A stretch of DNA of 61,786 nucleotides, filler included, from Sluysia triapertura (Eukaryota): the NCBI GenBank assembly GCA_046118255.1. It is 4 parts of 4 records of this genome, joined end to end, with 100 filler letters (N's around TTAATTAATTAA, not from the genome) between each part and the next. Parts side by side here need not be neighbours in the genome. Positions count along the whole stretch, not along the records: positions 13,354 to 28,978 come from JBJNIA010000007.1; positions 29,079 to 47,945 come from JBJNIA010111978.1; 2 more parts are not named here. The stretch is one strand, 5' to 3'. The first letter of the stretch is position 1. The number at the start of each line of letters is the position of its first letter. The notes under the pieces are model-generated. The model did no database searches. It saw nothing but the letters and a program-made list of their open reading frames with translations, and was not told the origin of the DNA. A program made the position numbers and the translations under genes. Shown here piece after piece: positions 26,699 to 41,434 of this stretch.

Positions 26699-27460
26699 TT
26701 TAAAATTTGATCAATAAATAGTTTAAATATTAGTTCCAGTTGTAACTTAAAGTGACGTCTGTAGCATTCACTTAGCTAAACGAATAATTAATAAAACTAA
26801 AATGACAATAAGAAAATGTTCGATTAAAACCATTTATGGTTTTAAGAAAATTATTAATACTAAAATCATTTAGAAAATATTAAAAATTTAAAATAATTAA
26901 AGTTAGACTAATTAAATTATGTATATTACATATTAAATATATTTTTTAAAATATTTATGTTTTACTAAATCACAAACGCAATTAATAAATACGAAAGTAT
27001 TTGAAAAAGTTGGATAATTTCTAAAATATAAATTTGACAATTGATTTTTGACATAATAAAACTGTTTTATTGAAGTAGATTTTTCATATTGACATTGGGA
27101 AATAATTATTTGGTGAGCATTTACACAAACTGAACTACTTGTAATAAAATGTCGATATTTTTCATTTAAAATTAAACAATCAAATATACAATATGAAAAT
27201 TCTTCGGTATGGCTTTCTACTAATATAATTAATTGTGGATTTATGTTTTCATTATAATGACAACCATTCAATTGTATATCAATTATTAAATTGGATTTAT
27301 TTTGTCGGTTTTTAAGCAGAAAGTAGTTTTGTAATAATTCAATGTCTTCAGCACTTTCATCGATATCGTAAAGTGGATAATTTGATAAAAATGATTTTGT
27401 TCTTTGCCAAGAACGATGAAAATCAGTGCAACTTAAGTTTTTGTTAATAAGTGTTGCCAT
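26699..27460 (-). CDS. 5' exons of an unknown protein
   Basis: ATG 27460 to donor TTA|gtaaaa at 26966 (165 codons). Next exon 26699-26775 (LSECYRRHFKLQLELIFKLFIDQIL) is in phase. Downstream exons were not resolved. Confidence 0.6.
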
Positions 27461-27789
27461 TTTCGAGACAAATTATTTTATTGATTTAATAATTAAGTAT
27501 CATTTCATAAATCAAGTCAAATATAATTAAAATATTGTTTATTATTAAGTTAAAACTCATGCAATGATTTAAGTATTGTTTGGAGAAATAATTAGAACTG
27601 AAAATACGAAAGTAGTATGTCTACAAAATTAAACATACTATAATCTAAAATGACCAATAATATACTAAATAATAATCATTAAGATATTTAAAGCGTTGTA
27701 TCTATCGGGATATTAAAATTTAATATAGAAATTGTAACATGTTTGACCAATGTAATGAAATGTCAATTGGCTACTTCAGTGCGGATCGC

Positions 27790-28350
27790 GACTTACGGTT
27801 GACGCATAACATTATATAAAAGATTTCTATGAAAAGTAAATTTAGTTTTTCATCAAATTTATCTTTATTTTAAGTTGATACATTGTATTAATAACCGAAT
27901 ACTAATGTAATAACGATGTTAAATTTGCTTTAATTATGTTGAAAAGATAAGAGAATTGTTTTTCGCAAATATTATTATCTTTGGATAATTACGTGAGGCA
28001 ATGAAATTGGAAATTACTATTGAAATTTAATTATTAAAATTGGCCGGCTTATGACCATCTAAAAAAATAAATAGTTTAATAAGTAATTGGTTCCGTCGTA
28101 TTACTTCCAATCTACTAAGCCATTACACAACTGCCAAAACAGTCAGAATTCGTTAGTAAAATTAGAAAGAAAGATTAAGTTATCTTTATCTCTACTAGGG
28201 ACCCTGCCTCAACACAATTGAGGACATATCTTTAGCAATTGATTAAAATTTAAAAAATAGTGATTTCGTTTCGGTCAAGGTTAGTAACCTACAGTTTTGT
28301 TATTTTATTGGTGTTGATACAGGCGTCAACATTTATTGTGTTGTGTCACT
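27790..28350 (+). repeat. Dispersed non-coding repeat family (other copies: about 47115-47690 on the minus strand; short piece at about 10320-10410)
   Basis: Shared blocks seen by eye, e.g. ttatgttgaaaagataag, gaaatttaattatt.aaattgg, aaatttggtatttaatt and acacaacacaa...tgttgacgc. Confidence 0.7.
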
Positions 28351-28978
28351 CCTGAATTTTTATAGATTTAGAATTTTATAAACAGTGATTTGTAACTTTA
28401 AATTTGTATATTGAGGATATATTGATTGTGATAATTGAAAGATATATTGAGATTGTAAAAGAGTAATTATTAATTCGTTGTAATAGTTGAAAATGTATTG
28501 AAATTTCGTATTTAATTACTGATTTATAATTTGATATTATAAAGTAGAATTTTTTTAGTGCTTTAATTTAAATTAAATTGTGCTTTAATCAAAGAATAAG
28601 AGAAAACAAGAAAGAGAGAAATGAATATCGAGCCAGCAAGATCTTTTGTACTTCCATTGGAATAATTGTCGGAAATCCAGATTCCATATCAATCTTTACT
28701 CAAATGTGTATGGTTGAGATGATGAAGCTTAGTGTAAACGTTTTCCGCTTCATTTAAAGTGAAAATCTGATGAGGCTTATATGAATATTCGATGATAATA
28801 AAAATGCATGGGAAAATTTAATCAGTGATTTTAGGAATCTATTATTGTGTTGGGATTAGTGAAGAATAAGGGTTGATAGAAGGGTCAAAACTTAGGACAG
28901 CAGTGTAGTGTTATACTTATTTTAATCTTAACACACAACATTAACATCCATTACATTTCACATTAATATATCATTACT

Positions 28979-29078
28979 NNNNNNNNNNNNNNNNNNNNNN
29001 NNNNNNNNNNNNNNNNNNNNNNTTAATTAATTAANNNNNNNNNNNNNNNNNNNNNNNNNNNNNNNNNNNNNNNNNNNN
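28979..29078. other. Artificial scaffold-joining spacer
   Basis: N44-TTAATTAATTAA-N44. Confidence 0.95.
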
Positions 29079-31274
29079 TGTTATTGTATCTGTGATTTGT
29101 GAAATTTGTGTTATGGTTCTGATTTATTTGATGAAGTGTTTGATGAATGGATGTTGTGAATTGTTTGGAGTACATGTAGTGGTTTATTGAGTTGTGAGTA
29201 TTTGAGATTTGGATTGTTTCGTCGGTGAATGTGAGTTGGAAAAGTGTTGTGATTATATATTGTTGTTTTATGTGAAGGATTGTGTGTGATTGTAGTTGCA
29301 GAGTATGGTTGTGGTGAATTTTACTTTAATAAAATTGTTTTACTGGAATTATATTTTAAACTTAAATTAGGGGTTGGTCACTACAAGCACTTCCATCTCT
29401 AACAGCAGAGACGAGTATCGAACTCATTCCTCGAGACAAAAGATATCTATTAAATTATACACTAAATAAAGTTACAGATCATCATTAAAACTGAAAAGTG
29501 TAAAAGCTAACTTTAATATATTTTACATAGAATTAGTATCCATAAGAGTAATAAAAATAAGCAGAAATCAGAAATTTATTAAAAGTCCGTAAGTTTGATA
29601 TTATTATTGCAAGAGCAAATTTCGAGAAGAGCAAAAATAAGAAATCGATGAAATAAATATTTATATTAAGAGTAAATTTTAAAAAGAATTAAAGACTAAA
29701 ATTGAATTGACACGTGACACTGATTTTATTACTTAAGCAAACATTTACAAAATCTGCATTCGTGTATAATGAAAAGATAAAAAGTGTATAATGGAATAAA
29801 TTTATTACGTGTGAAATCATATGAATCTCTTTTCCCTTTGTCTTTTTGTTTATTTTCTGGAAGAAATTGACTTATTATGGGCACAATTCTTTTTGTACCA
29901 TTCAATACAGATTTATTATTAAATTATTAAATCCTTGAATGTGCTCGTATAACAGTATTAAGTTTCCAAAACAATTTTAAACTGCTTATATCAGTGCAAC
30001 TATTTTTTCGGCATCATCACGATTGTCTGGAATTGTAATATCAATATTATTCGTTCAATAGGCGAGTACTAGTGTTCTCTTTCGCATTCTTTTTGCATCT
30101 ATTATTTGCTTTCTCATGGTAACTAATAATGCGGGCAATTGGTAAAATTTCAGGTGATAAATATTCCCCATCATTCATTGCTACGAACCACTCTTATTGA
30201 AAGTACGGTAATATGATTCAGAAAATTTTCTATCATTTAATATTAATTCCATCTGTTTGGAATTGAACATTTTTAAAACTTAATTTTCTGGGAATTTATC
30301 AACATCAGTTAATATAAATACAAATATAAATTACTTCTGGGTCGCAGCGAACATTTCTGGGTTCAAATTATGATGGCCATAGGTGGTCATTGTAATTATT
30401 TTAGAAGAGAATAAATGTTTAATTTAAGATGAGATTCGGACATATTTGATATAAAATTTAATAAAAGGTCGTATTTCAAGAGGATTTTATTCTTATTACC
30501 AAATTTCAAATGACGGTTACAATTATAAAAAGAATTTAAAACGTCATATATTAAACTCAGAAAAACGTTTACGTTTTCGTAAATCTTATACACCGTGAAC
30601 ATAATAAAAACATCAAAAAAGGATTTTAATACAAAAGTTAATATTACTACAAAAACTTTCAAAATATAGCTAAAAAGGTATAACAAGTTTTTTCTAAAAA
30701 AAATAAAAAATACAATTTTAATAGCAATACAAAATAATAGTATATTATTATAAGTTTTAATATATTAACGTCATAGATAGAAGATTAGTTAAATACTATT
30801 TGCAAGTCACTAAAACAAGCTCCATAAATAATCGCCATCGACACATTTATGTAAAGCTCTTTTAACTGAATTTTAATTGAAATACATGTAGAATAAATTT
30901 GTCATTAAATGCGCAGAAATTTTAATTTAATCGAAATTAACTATTAATTAATCGTTAATTTATTAAAAGATAACTATTAAAAATAAATTAATCGTTACCA
31001 GCCCTTTTATATATATATATATATTCAGTTATGTGAATTTTGTAAGTTGAGTGAAACGTAGTGAAATTATGAGATGGATGAAATTTTTATAAATGAGGTT
31101 GAAGTGAGTTATATTTGTGTTTGGTTTTATTTTATGGGGTGTGTTTAACAAAAATTATGAGCTGTGACGCTACATAAATTCTATTGGCTAATCCCAAAAC
31201 TAGGTTCCCAGCAATCTTCTATACGAACATTTTTATTCGAATCTAATGATGAAAACAACAATTGCAATTTAGAA

Positions 31275-31330
<56 letters not shown>

Positions 31331-31366
31331 TGAAAATAAAAATATCCGATACAATGTTTTATTTAG

Positions 31367-34300
31367 ATGTCACACATCGAAAACGGAACTCTGTTGGTGA
31401 ACAATTCCAAAATTACTGCGGATTGTATTTTGAAAGAAAGTGACTTAATATCGCATAATGTGCACAGACACGAAATGCCGATTTCTCAAGAAATACCAAG
31501 TGTTATCAAGCGTGTAGATAATGTACTTGCTCTTTATAAACCTGCAGGTTGGAATTTATTGATTTTTTCGACTTTTAACACTTTGATTGTCACTGGGTTT
31601 TCTGGATTATATTTTCTATTTGATAGTTATTTTTGAAAGTTAATTCAATATCATCTTTAAACATGTAGTATCCATAGGAAAACAATAAAATGGACAAAGA
31701 AAGCAGTGATTTACTTGTTAATGTGTGGACTATTTACTTCATTCAGCAGGATTTATCAAGTGCTTATTTCACATAGTGTCAAGCAACACGAAGCAGTATA
31801 TTTCTGTGCAAATTACAAACAAATGTCCGACTAAAGTTTGCAAAGTATGTAAACCTAATGGTAAGAGTAAAAGAATCACGTTACATTTGCCAGCTTTGTT
31901 TTGTTCCACATTCATATTACAGAATGTTTTACAAAGTATTATCCTTGAAAAGCCGGTCAATGAATCAATATGTATATTCAGAAATCATGTACTTTTACAG
32001 TTCTTGTTGTGACATGATTTTTAATTACTAACAAATCATAACTAATTTAAAAATATTTTTACGCCACTGGATACAGTTAGCAATAAAGTGTCTTCTCCAT
32101 AATGCGTTAAAGGCATATCTTCAATAATGAAGCTACATTATGTGGATTTGTGATCCGGATTACTTGTCATATTTCATTGACGGTGATTATCATAATAAAG
32201 GACCACGCAAGTACTGATTGTATTTGTTGTTTTCCATACAAAGAAAAATGGAAATAGATAAATATTTAAAACAATGAACACACTTTTTAAATTAATCGAA
32301 AGTCGCTTTTAAATTATAGATGTCCTAAAGAAGTCCGAAATTAATTTGCTATTGTTATAATAAACTGTTAGGTGCTGATTTTGTAGTTTGTTTTTAATCT
32401 CATGTCTTAATTCATAGTCGGTTTTAGACTTGAATTCATCTTCGAAATTTATTCTTTTCTTGCAATGTTAAACTCGAAAACTTTCAAAGTCTGTTCCTTA
32501 ATAAAATTTTCAACTTGTGCTTTACTTAAAACCCGATAATTTCGTTAGTAACATTTTAAGTGTTTACTGTTATTATAAATGGTAACTTTATATTTTAAAT
32601 CACTTCAAAATTTATTCTCTATCATTCTTTAAAGTCTTAATTATTAATCTAATGATTTGTGATCTAGATTAAATGCTGTGTAATTTAATTTATGCAATGT
32701 CTTTCTTATAAAATTAGTCTTGAAGGGTGTGATTCCAATACTCTCTTCTTAGACATCGCAATGCTAGTTGAAATATTGTAAACTTAAACTTTTATAATCT
32801 TACTTTTCAACACCAGAACGATAAATTAGAAGAGAGACTTTATATTGCTATAAACAAACTAAATAATTAGTTATAATAAACAAAGAACACGAATAAAATA
32901 ACTTACATAAAAGAGAAGTAATATTTATACTTGTTCGATATTTTAATTTTGATGTTATAAAATTTTTTAGTTACGCAGAAACTTAGTATAACTTGCGTAA
33001 ACCAATAATTAATTTATCAGGTTTTTCCAAAATTGAAATGATTACGGTATAAAACGATTCCTAAATGGATAATCGAATAGATTGTGTCGCAATTGATTAT
33101 CGTTGTCAAAACAATGTAAATATGTAAATCAGTAATCAAATTATTAACAAATTGTATTTTACAAATATCGAATTTTTCCAAAATTTGACTCTGTTCGTAA
33201 GACAATTATGATGTGAGACTGTTTATGATTTAATAGATTGATCAATATGATTACTTATTGTTTCAAAATTGAATATCGTTGCGAAATATAATCGTCGTTC
33301 TGTGTGTATTATCTATATAATGCTGAACAAAAGGATACTGAATACTTATCGGAAAATTACACAAAATTCAAATCTCACATAAATTTCTGTATTAGATTAT
33401 TTTATTTTAGACACAAAATTGAATTTTATTAATTTTCTTCTAACTATTCAATAAACAGAAGAAAATCTAATAAATACATGATTTTTGCTAACATACCTAA
33501 TTTGTATTCAAGTACTCATCATTCAAATGGCTCATCATTTCAACTATTAATTTTTATTCTATTTAATACATAATTTACATTATACATTCAGTAACACTTA
33601 ATTTTAAACGTGGCTCACCATTAAGTATTCAAATCAAACATTATTCTCATTCATTTTGCTTTATTTACAATTCATTCGGTTTGCATAATTTATTGGGTTG
33701 TTCGGAAGGTAATTTTCCCACCAACAAAGGACTTAATTGAATTTTTTCACAGCTAAATTGACACTTAATCCGCTTAATCATTATATATTTTGACAGCTGA
33801 TGTAGTAAGACTTGTTTGTTAAAAATTCTGCTTGATTCTGGACCATTTTTTGCCAGCAAAGATCAGAAGTTTTATGAGCATGGAATCAATCTCCTGTCCG
33901 AAAGATGGCAAAAGATACTGTACCAAAATGGAAAATATATATAAATTAATAAAATGTTTATAAACTCTAAAAAATCGAGTTTTATTTTCTCAATTTTATC
34001 TGTAATAATTTTATTCTATAATCAATTTCTCTAATTGTATTTTTTCACAGCCAACCTTACACTTAAGACAGCTGATGTAGTAAGACTTGTTTGTTAAAAA
34101 TATTGCTTGATTCTTTTCAATAGTTTTGGTTAGTGCCCTATCAAAGATGGAAAATCTAAAGCAGAATTTTCGGCATGTTGGTATTCACTTGCCAATGGAT
34201 TTTCCATGTTTTATTCGTATTTTCGTTTGATCCGTCATGCTTTCTGAATGCTAATTAATTGATTCTTGCTTTCTTACTCTATATTTGCTTAATAATTTTG

Positions 34301-34501
34301 AACTTCAATTTTGTTGTTTGAAGGTCTTTTTGAGTACTTTTAATGAAAATATTTCTTGATTATTTTTAAATTTTTTGACAGTTTTTAGTTGCAGAGTTGA
34401 TATTCGTGGATAGTGCAACATGATTTTATTTAAAATGTTTTTACTTTGTATTACTTGCAACAATATTTATAATCTCTACGCATGTATAAATGAAGTTCTC
34501 G

Positions 34502-34550
<49 letters not shown>

Positions 34551-37500
34551 GTTGTTGTTATTATTATTATTATTGTTGTTGAGTTCTTCCGGACTTCCTT
34601 TTCAATGCACGAAAGTACTGTTCTAATAGTTATTAATAAAGATGCAGAGTTTTCGATACGATAAACATATATGTATCAGAGTTGATCAAAACGTAATTCG
34701 ACTTGTTACTCATGCAACCGGTGGTTTTTGAATTCATATATACCAAGGTCGTTCCTGTAGAAAGTGTGGGAATGGATCTCATAAATTCTAAAATAGTAAC
34801 ATTTACAGTAATGCTTGCATATCGAATATCATTTAACAGAAAATTTTTCGTCTTCATTGAATTGATCGATGTTATTAAATCTCATTTGATTTTATATGAA
34901 TGATAAATATTGTATGTTCATTTGAGCAGAATCACCAATTGTTAATTTCTACTGACGCGCTGTTATTTATAAACTTGTCATTGTCAATTTAATAATGAAA
35001 ACAAATTAATTTAGGCATTCCAATCCATAGTACTGGCAATTACAACATGAACACAATGCTGGCACTTATTTATAATATTCCTTCTATCACAGAGTCTTAC
35101 TTCGAAAATGGGGGGTGGATGAATGCGAGGAAACATTTTCGAATAGTCCATCGACTTGATCGAATGACTTCCGGTGTGATTCTTTTGAGTCTTAATTACA
35201 AAATGTCACTTTGGATGATGGAAGAAATGGTGAAAAGAAATGTCGACAAGTTTTACATTGCTCAAGTAAGTGCTTCTATGTAAAAGTATTGTTTTTATCT
35301 CGTTCAATTTGATGAATTTATGAGGCTAATTGTAATTTCTTGGTCATTTTTGACCTAGTTTGGTAGCTTGAATATTGTTTAAAAATGTGCGTATAAAGTG
35401 TGTAAAGTAGGACTGAAGTCATTATCGAGTTTTCTGGTTCGAAATAAATGATTGGTATTTGTAATTTAGGTAGTCGGGGAATTTCCAGAAACGATGAAGA
35501 AAGGACAGAATGGAGATGAAACTACATATACACCTGTTCTTGTAAATGAACCTTTAGTATCGACTTCTTCAGACATTCGAAAGAGTGTACGCTTCACGAG
35601 CAGTGCAATAAAAAATATGTTACTTCGAGAAAGTAAACATTCTGCTGACGATTCAAAATATTCTTTATTGAAAGATTTTGTATTTAAACCATCTCAGACT
35701 CAGTTTATTCGATTGGATTATGACAGCAAATCAAAGACCAGCTTGTTACTTTGCAAACCGTTGACTGGTCGGACTCATCAAATCAGAGTTCATCTACAAT
35801 TTCTAGGTTATTTTGTTTAAATAAGATGATTGAATACCGACTTCATTATGTGGTGTGAAAAACAAACTGTGTATTCATTATAATTTTAAAAATTCCATTA
35901 TGAAGAACAGCATTACAAAATATGGCCTTAAGGCCCTTTTTATTATTCATATCATAAAAATAAACTTTAAAGCAAAAATCAAAATCTAAAATTTAAAATA
36001 AAGCCTCATCACATATTGGATAATAAAACAAAGATATTTAAATTTTTATTGTTTTAGTGATGCAACTCTCCTCTAAAAATAAGAAATATAACCTAGAACT
36101 TCTGAATCATCTGACTGACTAATCCTCGCTGATGCATCAACAGACGTCTGTACACTTTCTGTTCATGTAACTTCAAATCGTGATAAAAACTGTATTCGTT
36201 TGAGATACTTTCGCAATATATTACTGAGTTTTTTCGTATTTTGATAGCTAAGTATTGTTTAGTTCTTTGACCGGTAGCAAGTAGAACTTCTCTAGATGTA
36301 TTTGAGTCCAAAATTTTTAAAATGACATCTGATAATCTTGATACTTTTAAAAAAGTGTGTAGCAAATACAATAATTCATTTTGTTTTTATATATTAGTTG
36401 TGAGTCCCCTACGACATTGGATTTACACATTTAAGGGCCAACTCATAGGTATCAGCGAAAGATCATAATTCTTTTATCCTAAAAGAATTGCTCGTTAAAA
36501 TTATTTAAAACTTTTTGAAATGATATCGCGTAAGTATTAGAAATTTAATAAATTATCATAAAGGATAATTGTATTCTGAATACATTTATTAAAATATTAT
36601 ATCTGCATTTAAATAAATAATTAATTTAGAAAATAATTGTTTTATATATAATTTTTTAAAAGAATCCTTAAAATATATAACGACTTTTACAATCCTTTCG
36701 TGTTTTATTTTTTATAAAATTTTCCTTTGTCCTTTTTGGAACTAAAAAATAAAGTTTCACAACAATATCTATACTGATGATCAGTTTAAATTAATAGCCG
36801 TTCACAAAAATTGTACTAAAATTTAAAATCAACACTTGGTGGTTTAAGTTATTGTTAATAATTTAATGTTACAAGTTTTGTATATTTACAGTGATTTAAC
36901 TTCATGTGCAAGTCTAATAATTACAAAAATCAATAATATTTAGTAATAATGTTAATAAATAATAATAATGTCAATTAATAATAACAACTATTTAAAATAA
37001 AATAATTTCATATTATTTTAATACTTTTACACACTACTTAATAAATTAATATTTTACTAAATAATATTTCACAGTTTTACATATAATATATACATACTTG
37101 ACAATTTGACTAATGTTAGACATTAACATTTAGTGTTGGCCGTCAATATTAAAAAGAAGTAAGAGAAATTTAATTTATTTATTACCTTAACGCAATTTTT
37201 TCCTTTCTTGTAGATTACAAGAGGACCTAATAAAGATAATATATTTTTGCATAACTGCAACATTTAAACAAAGTAAAAATTAAATCTCTAAAAAATCAAG
37301 TTAATCGTTATTATTTATATTATACAAGTATCAACTTTTTATCCACGATCCTTTCCAAGCTGACGCAAAATTATGACGCAAAATTGCACACATGTCTGGA
37401 TGATCGAATAAACATGTATTTATATCAAACATGCTTTACGCAAACACAACAAATTTGATGATGTGTACGATCATAGACAGTTAAACATTATTTTCTTAAG

Positions 37501-39088
37501 GAGACATACAACATCCGGTATGAAAGAGTTAATATATGTTTCAAATAATAATAATAATAATACTACTACAACAAATAAAGCATAAAATAGTATTACGTAC
37601 TATTACAATTTAAGAATTTCAACATATCCAAGTAACAAGGCAAAAATAAAATTATGTTCTGTTTCACAGTATCTTTACAAATTAATTCCTTAAGCGAGTT
37701 CAGCAGATATAAATATTTCGGTATTCGTTGTGCTAATTTCAAAATTGGAAGAATCGACTCCAACTCTGATTCATAAATCGAAGAATAAGCATTGTCATAA
37801 TATTTGAATGCCTCAATAGTTTTCAACTTGTTCTGTAAATATTTTACTGAAAATATAATAAATTAATCCTTATCTGCTATTTCTTTTGTATGGATTATTG
37901 TTCTTTAGTTTTACTTTTACTTTGATAACTTGATTAGAATTGATTTTGTGCGTTTCTTATCACCGGAAGTTTTTGGGCGTTAACTATAGCATGTTTGCTG
38001 AACCAAATGCATTAAACATTAAGTCTTATCTTGAATTGCAGACATTTTGGATTCATCTATTTTGGTTATTAATTTAACTAGTTTACTAGATGGTTCACAT
38101 TTTACAGGAGATTCAAAGCTTACTGTCCTGTTTACCTTCTTCAGTGACACTGTTTACTTCCGATAATCCTTCTACTATTGTTGCCTTTTTATCTGCATTA
38201 CTCGTTGCTTCTCTGATATATGTTTTATTTGTTTAACTTTTATTTTTTGGGTCATATTAAAACCTTTATCATTATTTTTATTGTCAGCATTTGAAATCAC
38301 GATAATTTCCGATACTCATCCAGTATATTCCGATGGAGCACAATCGGATGTAAAAAAAGAATGCGGAGTTTAAAAGTGTTGTTTAGAGCAATGTTAATAC
38401 GAATGACATGGGCGATATAGGCGGACTAAGCGTGATACTAATACGATTAATTGTCATAGTTTATATATATTTAGTGAGGTGGTGATATGCATAAATTTCT
38501 GTATCAATCTGCCAACTAACTCGAATATTTATGAATAATGTTTCTTATTCAGGATATCCAATCATAAACGATCCAATCTACAATTTGTTAGAGTGGGGAA
38601 CTAATCGAGGTAAGGGTGGAGATATTGAAATTTCACTCACTCAACTAATTGAAGGTTTGGAAAGTAACCCAAGATACAGAAAATTACATAGCATGGAGAA
38701 TAATTCGACTGAACTTATGGATGATGACACCGATCATGGCGATAAAAATCAGATGAAGAATGGTGCAAGTGAGCAGATGCAACTACTGACAAAAGTGCGC
38801 GACTGGGAACAGCAGCCTTATTGTAGTGAATGTGAGAATTTTAACCCAATTGAAACAATACACCCTTCTGATTTAATACTGAATCTCCATGCACACAGAT
38901 ATCGATTTCGAAATAAGTTCTCTGAAGACGCTGACTATAATCTTGATTTTCAAGCACCACTACCTGGGTGGATCCGTGATTGTTGGACAGGTTCAAAGTC
39001 AGTTCGAGAAATAGAGACTTTAATTGAGCAATTGACTTGTTCAGAAATAGCCAATCAGATTTTCGTGTGTTCCGAATTTGATACATAA
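31367..39088 (+). CDS. RPUSD2: RluA-family RNA pseudouridine synthase, RPUSD2-like (5'-most exon(s) unresolved)
   Basis: Exons 31367-31547, 35015-35265, 35470-35806 and 38553-39088 are phase-consistent. Motifs VHRHEMP, KPAGIPIH, catalytic HRLDRMTSG and [26 protein letters not shown], with a C-terminal CxEC and LHAHRY. Confidence 0.9.
33692..34190 (+). mobile_element. Two internally deleted mariner fragments in an RPUSD2 intron
   Basis: TIR-like TATTGGGTTGTTCGGAAGGTAAT; C-terminus [32 protein letters not shown]; a duplicated 5' UTR block (gacagctgatgtagtaagacttgtttgttaaaaa) followed by the N-terminus [10 protein letters not shown]. Confidence 0.85.
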
Positions 39089-40999
39089 TATAATATAAAT
39101 TTGATATATAATTTGTAAATTTTACTTTTGTTTATAATCAAATTATATATTTATTATTCTAAATATGCAATTTTCATGTTTAAGAAAGCATTTTTTAAAT
39201 ATTCATTATAATTATTAGAAACAAAGTAGGGCTAGTGACGGAGGCACTCAAATTTAAAGCATTTCCAAGTTATGTAGTCCTTAGGAAGTTGAAAAGTGGT
39301 TTCTAGAAGTACAATTTAGACTATCTTCAGAATCGAACAGTGATGATCAGATTGAACTCTAATTTTTATATGAATTATATGAATTTGAATATCTTTCATT
39401 CATTGCATAGCTTTTACAAAAACATAATTTTGATCCGAAAAGCTTATTAATATACCTTGAATAATTGTATGGAATACGCGTTTTTCCTATTTAGATGGTG
39501 GGTGTGATATGCATTAATTTTATAATTGAATTAATTTAGTTTGTGTCGACCTGACAGACTATTTCAGCATAACCCGAATTGATTTTAAATAAAATATTTT
39601 TATATGCTCTAAATTCTAAGAAGCGTAACATGTTTGGTCCAATCATCATTTAATTTATTATTAATGTTGAAGTTGTTGAATATGAAAGCCTTTAATTGTA
39701 CTGTAAATAAAACTGAGAATGAAATATTATAGGCTATACACTTTAACTTGTTGATGTGATAGTTAAGTTAGTCTGACGTGTCGATATATTTTCAATAAGC
39801 GGAAAAACGATGCAATTTATTATTTATTCACAATAATTCAATGTAATCAGTTATAAATTACTGTTTTTACATAGTCAAACACAAATATAATTAAAATCCA
39901 GTGGTGATGCCCTTATTTAACAAAATAAATATGACAAAAACGTGAATACAATAATGTTGGGATTATCTAAGGATAAGAAGGAACATAAAGATTATGACTT
40001 ATGATAATAGAATAAAATAATCATCATGGAGGAATTAAGATAAAGTGTTATGGTGAAGTGTAATAATAAAATAAGAGTATAAAATATATGAAATAAAATT
40101 AAAAAAGTATAATAGAAAAAGACAAAAGCGACAAATATAGGAAGAAAAATTAACTCTATCTTTTACTCTACCTCAATCCGCTTTTGGAAAACAGTGAGAT
40201 TAAGTTTGTTCTGTAGCAGTCGATTAAAATACATAATGGGGGAATTTATCAAGGTAAGTAACGAGTTACTTTTTTTGTTATTTTAATTGATAATTCGAGC
40301 GTCAGTATTTATTGATTTTAATTGTGTTACTACTGCGTGTTATATTAAAATATTAATAATAATTGCATTTCTTAAAATTCTTATAATAATTAATTCTTTT
40401 CTATTAATAGTAATGAAATGATAAAAATCAAAATAACTAACATTTCCATATTTTAAATTAAATAAAATATATATTTATATGACTTAAGGTCGAGTGAAAC
40501 CATATATTAAACAAGGCTTTTGGATACCTCTATCATAAGAGTCAAAACATAAGGATATAAGTGCAAGTTAATGAAGCTGAGAATATAGTGAAATGTTTCA
40601 TACGACTGACATCGAAACGATTATTTTAAAATGTGTGTACACATTTTCATAAGAATAACTGCTAAGTTTAAAAAAATGAGAAGTTTGAGTGAAAGTGTAT
40701 CGATAACCTGAAAAGAATTTTTGATACAATTTCATCATAATGTAGGCATTTAATAAGATATCATAAGATGTACTTGTAAACTTTTATTGTGAATTTTAAG
40801 TTTATACCTGTTGTGTTTGATTATAATTGTAATAAAGCTTTATTAAATTTGTTGCGTATGGTTTAGCACCCAAAACAATTACCTAGTATTTATGTTTTTT
40901 AAAAGATTTTGTCTACTTTCAGTAAGGACCTTAATAAGAGTTTTAAGAGAAATCTTGACTAGTTTACTTACAATTATACTGTTAGACTTCAAAATATCT

Positions 41000-41075
41000 A
41001 CTGAGCTGGAATCGAACCCAGAACATCTAGCTTCACAGTTCGGTGAATTCAAAACTTCTATTTTACAACACATAA
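41000..41075 (-). mobile_element. tRNA-derived SINE-like head
   Basis: The minus strand has a Pol III B box (GGTTCGATTCC) in a tRNA-like context (tgtgaagctagatgttctgggttcgattccagc); no complete cloverleaf seen. Confidence 0.4.
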
Positions 41076-41434
41076 TCAAATAATAGGGCATAATAAATAT
41101 AGATAAAGGGATCACATTTACATAAAAAGTAGTTAATGTAATTGTCCATTTAAGAAATTGATAAGGAACATGTTAATAATTGTTGTTGAACTATGGGGTC
41201 ACAAACATACCATTGATAAGTCATACAGAACAAAGAAAGACATTAAATCACAATCACACCAATGATAAATCAGAGACATACAATTTAGTAGTTGAAATAA
41301 AGAAATCAGAATATAGGAAAATAAATAAGGGAAAAATAAATAAATAAAAATAAAAGAATAGAAGAAATAAAAAGCATTGAATGCAAAATGAAAAGAAGAA
41401 AGAAATGAAAACGAAAATGTGAAAATGTGAAAGT

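Noticed and set aside
28088-28280. SHYTTAKTVRI peptide reminiscent of a P2X receptor N-terminus
   Set aside because: The splice phase does not give an open continuation, stops follow, and the segment lies within a dispersed repeat.
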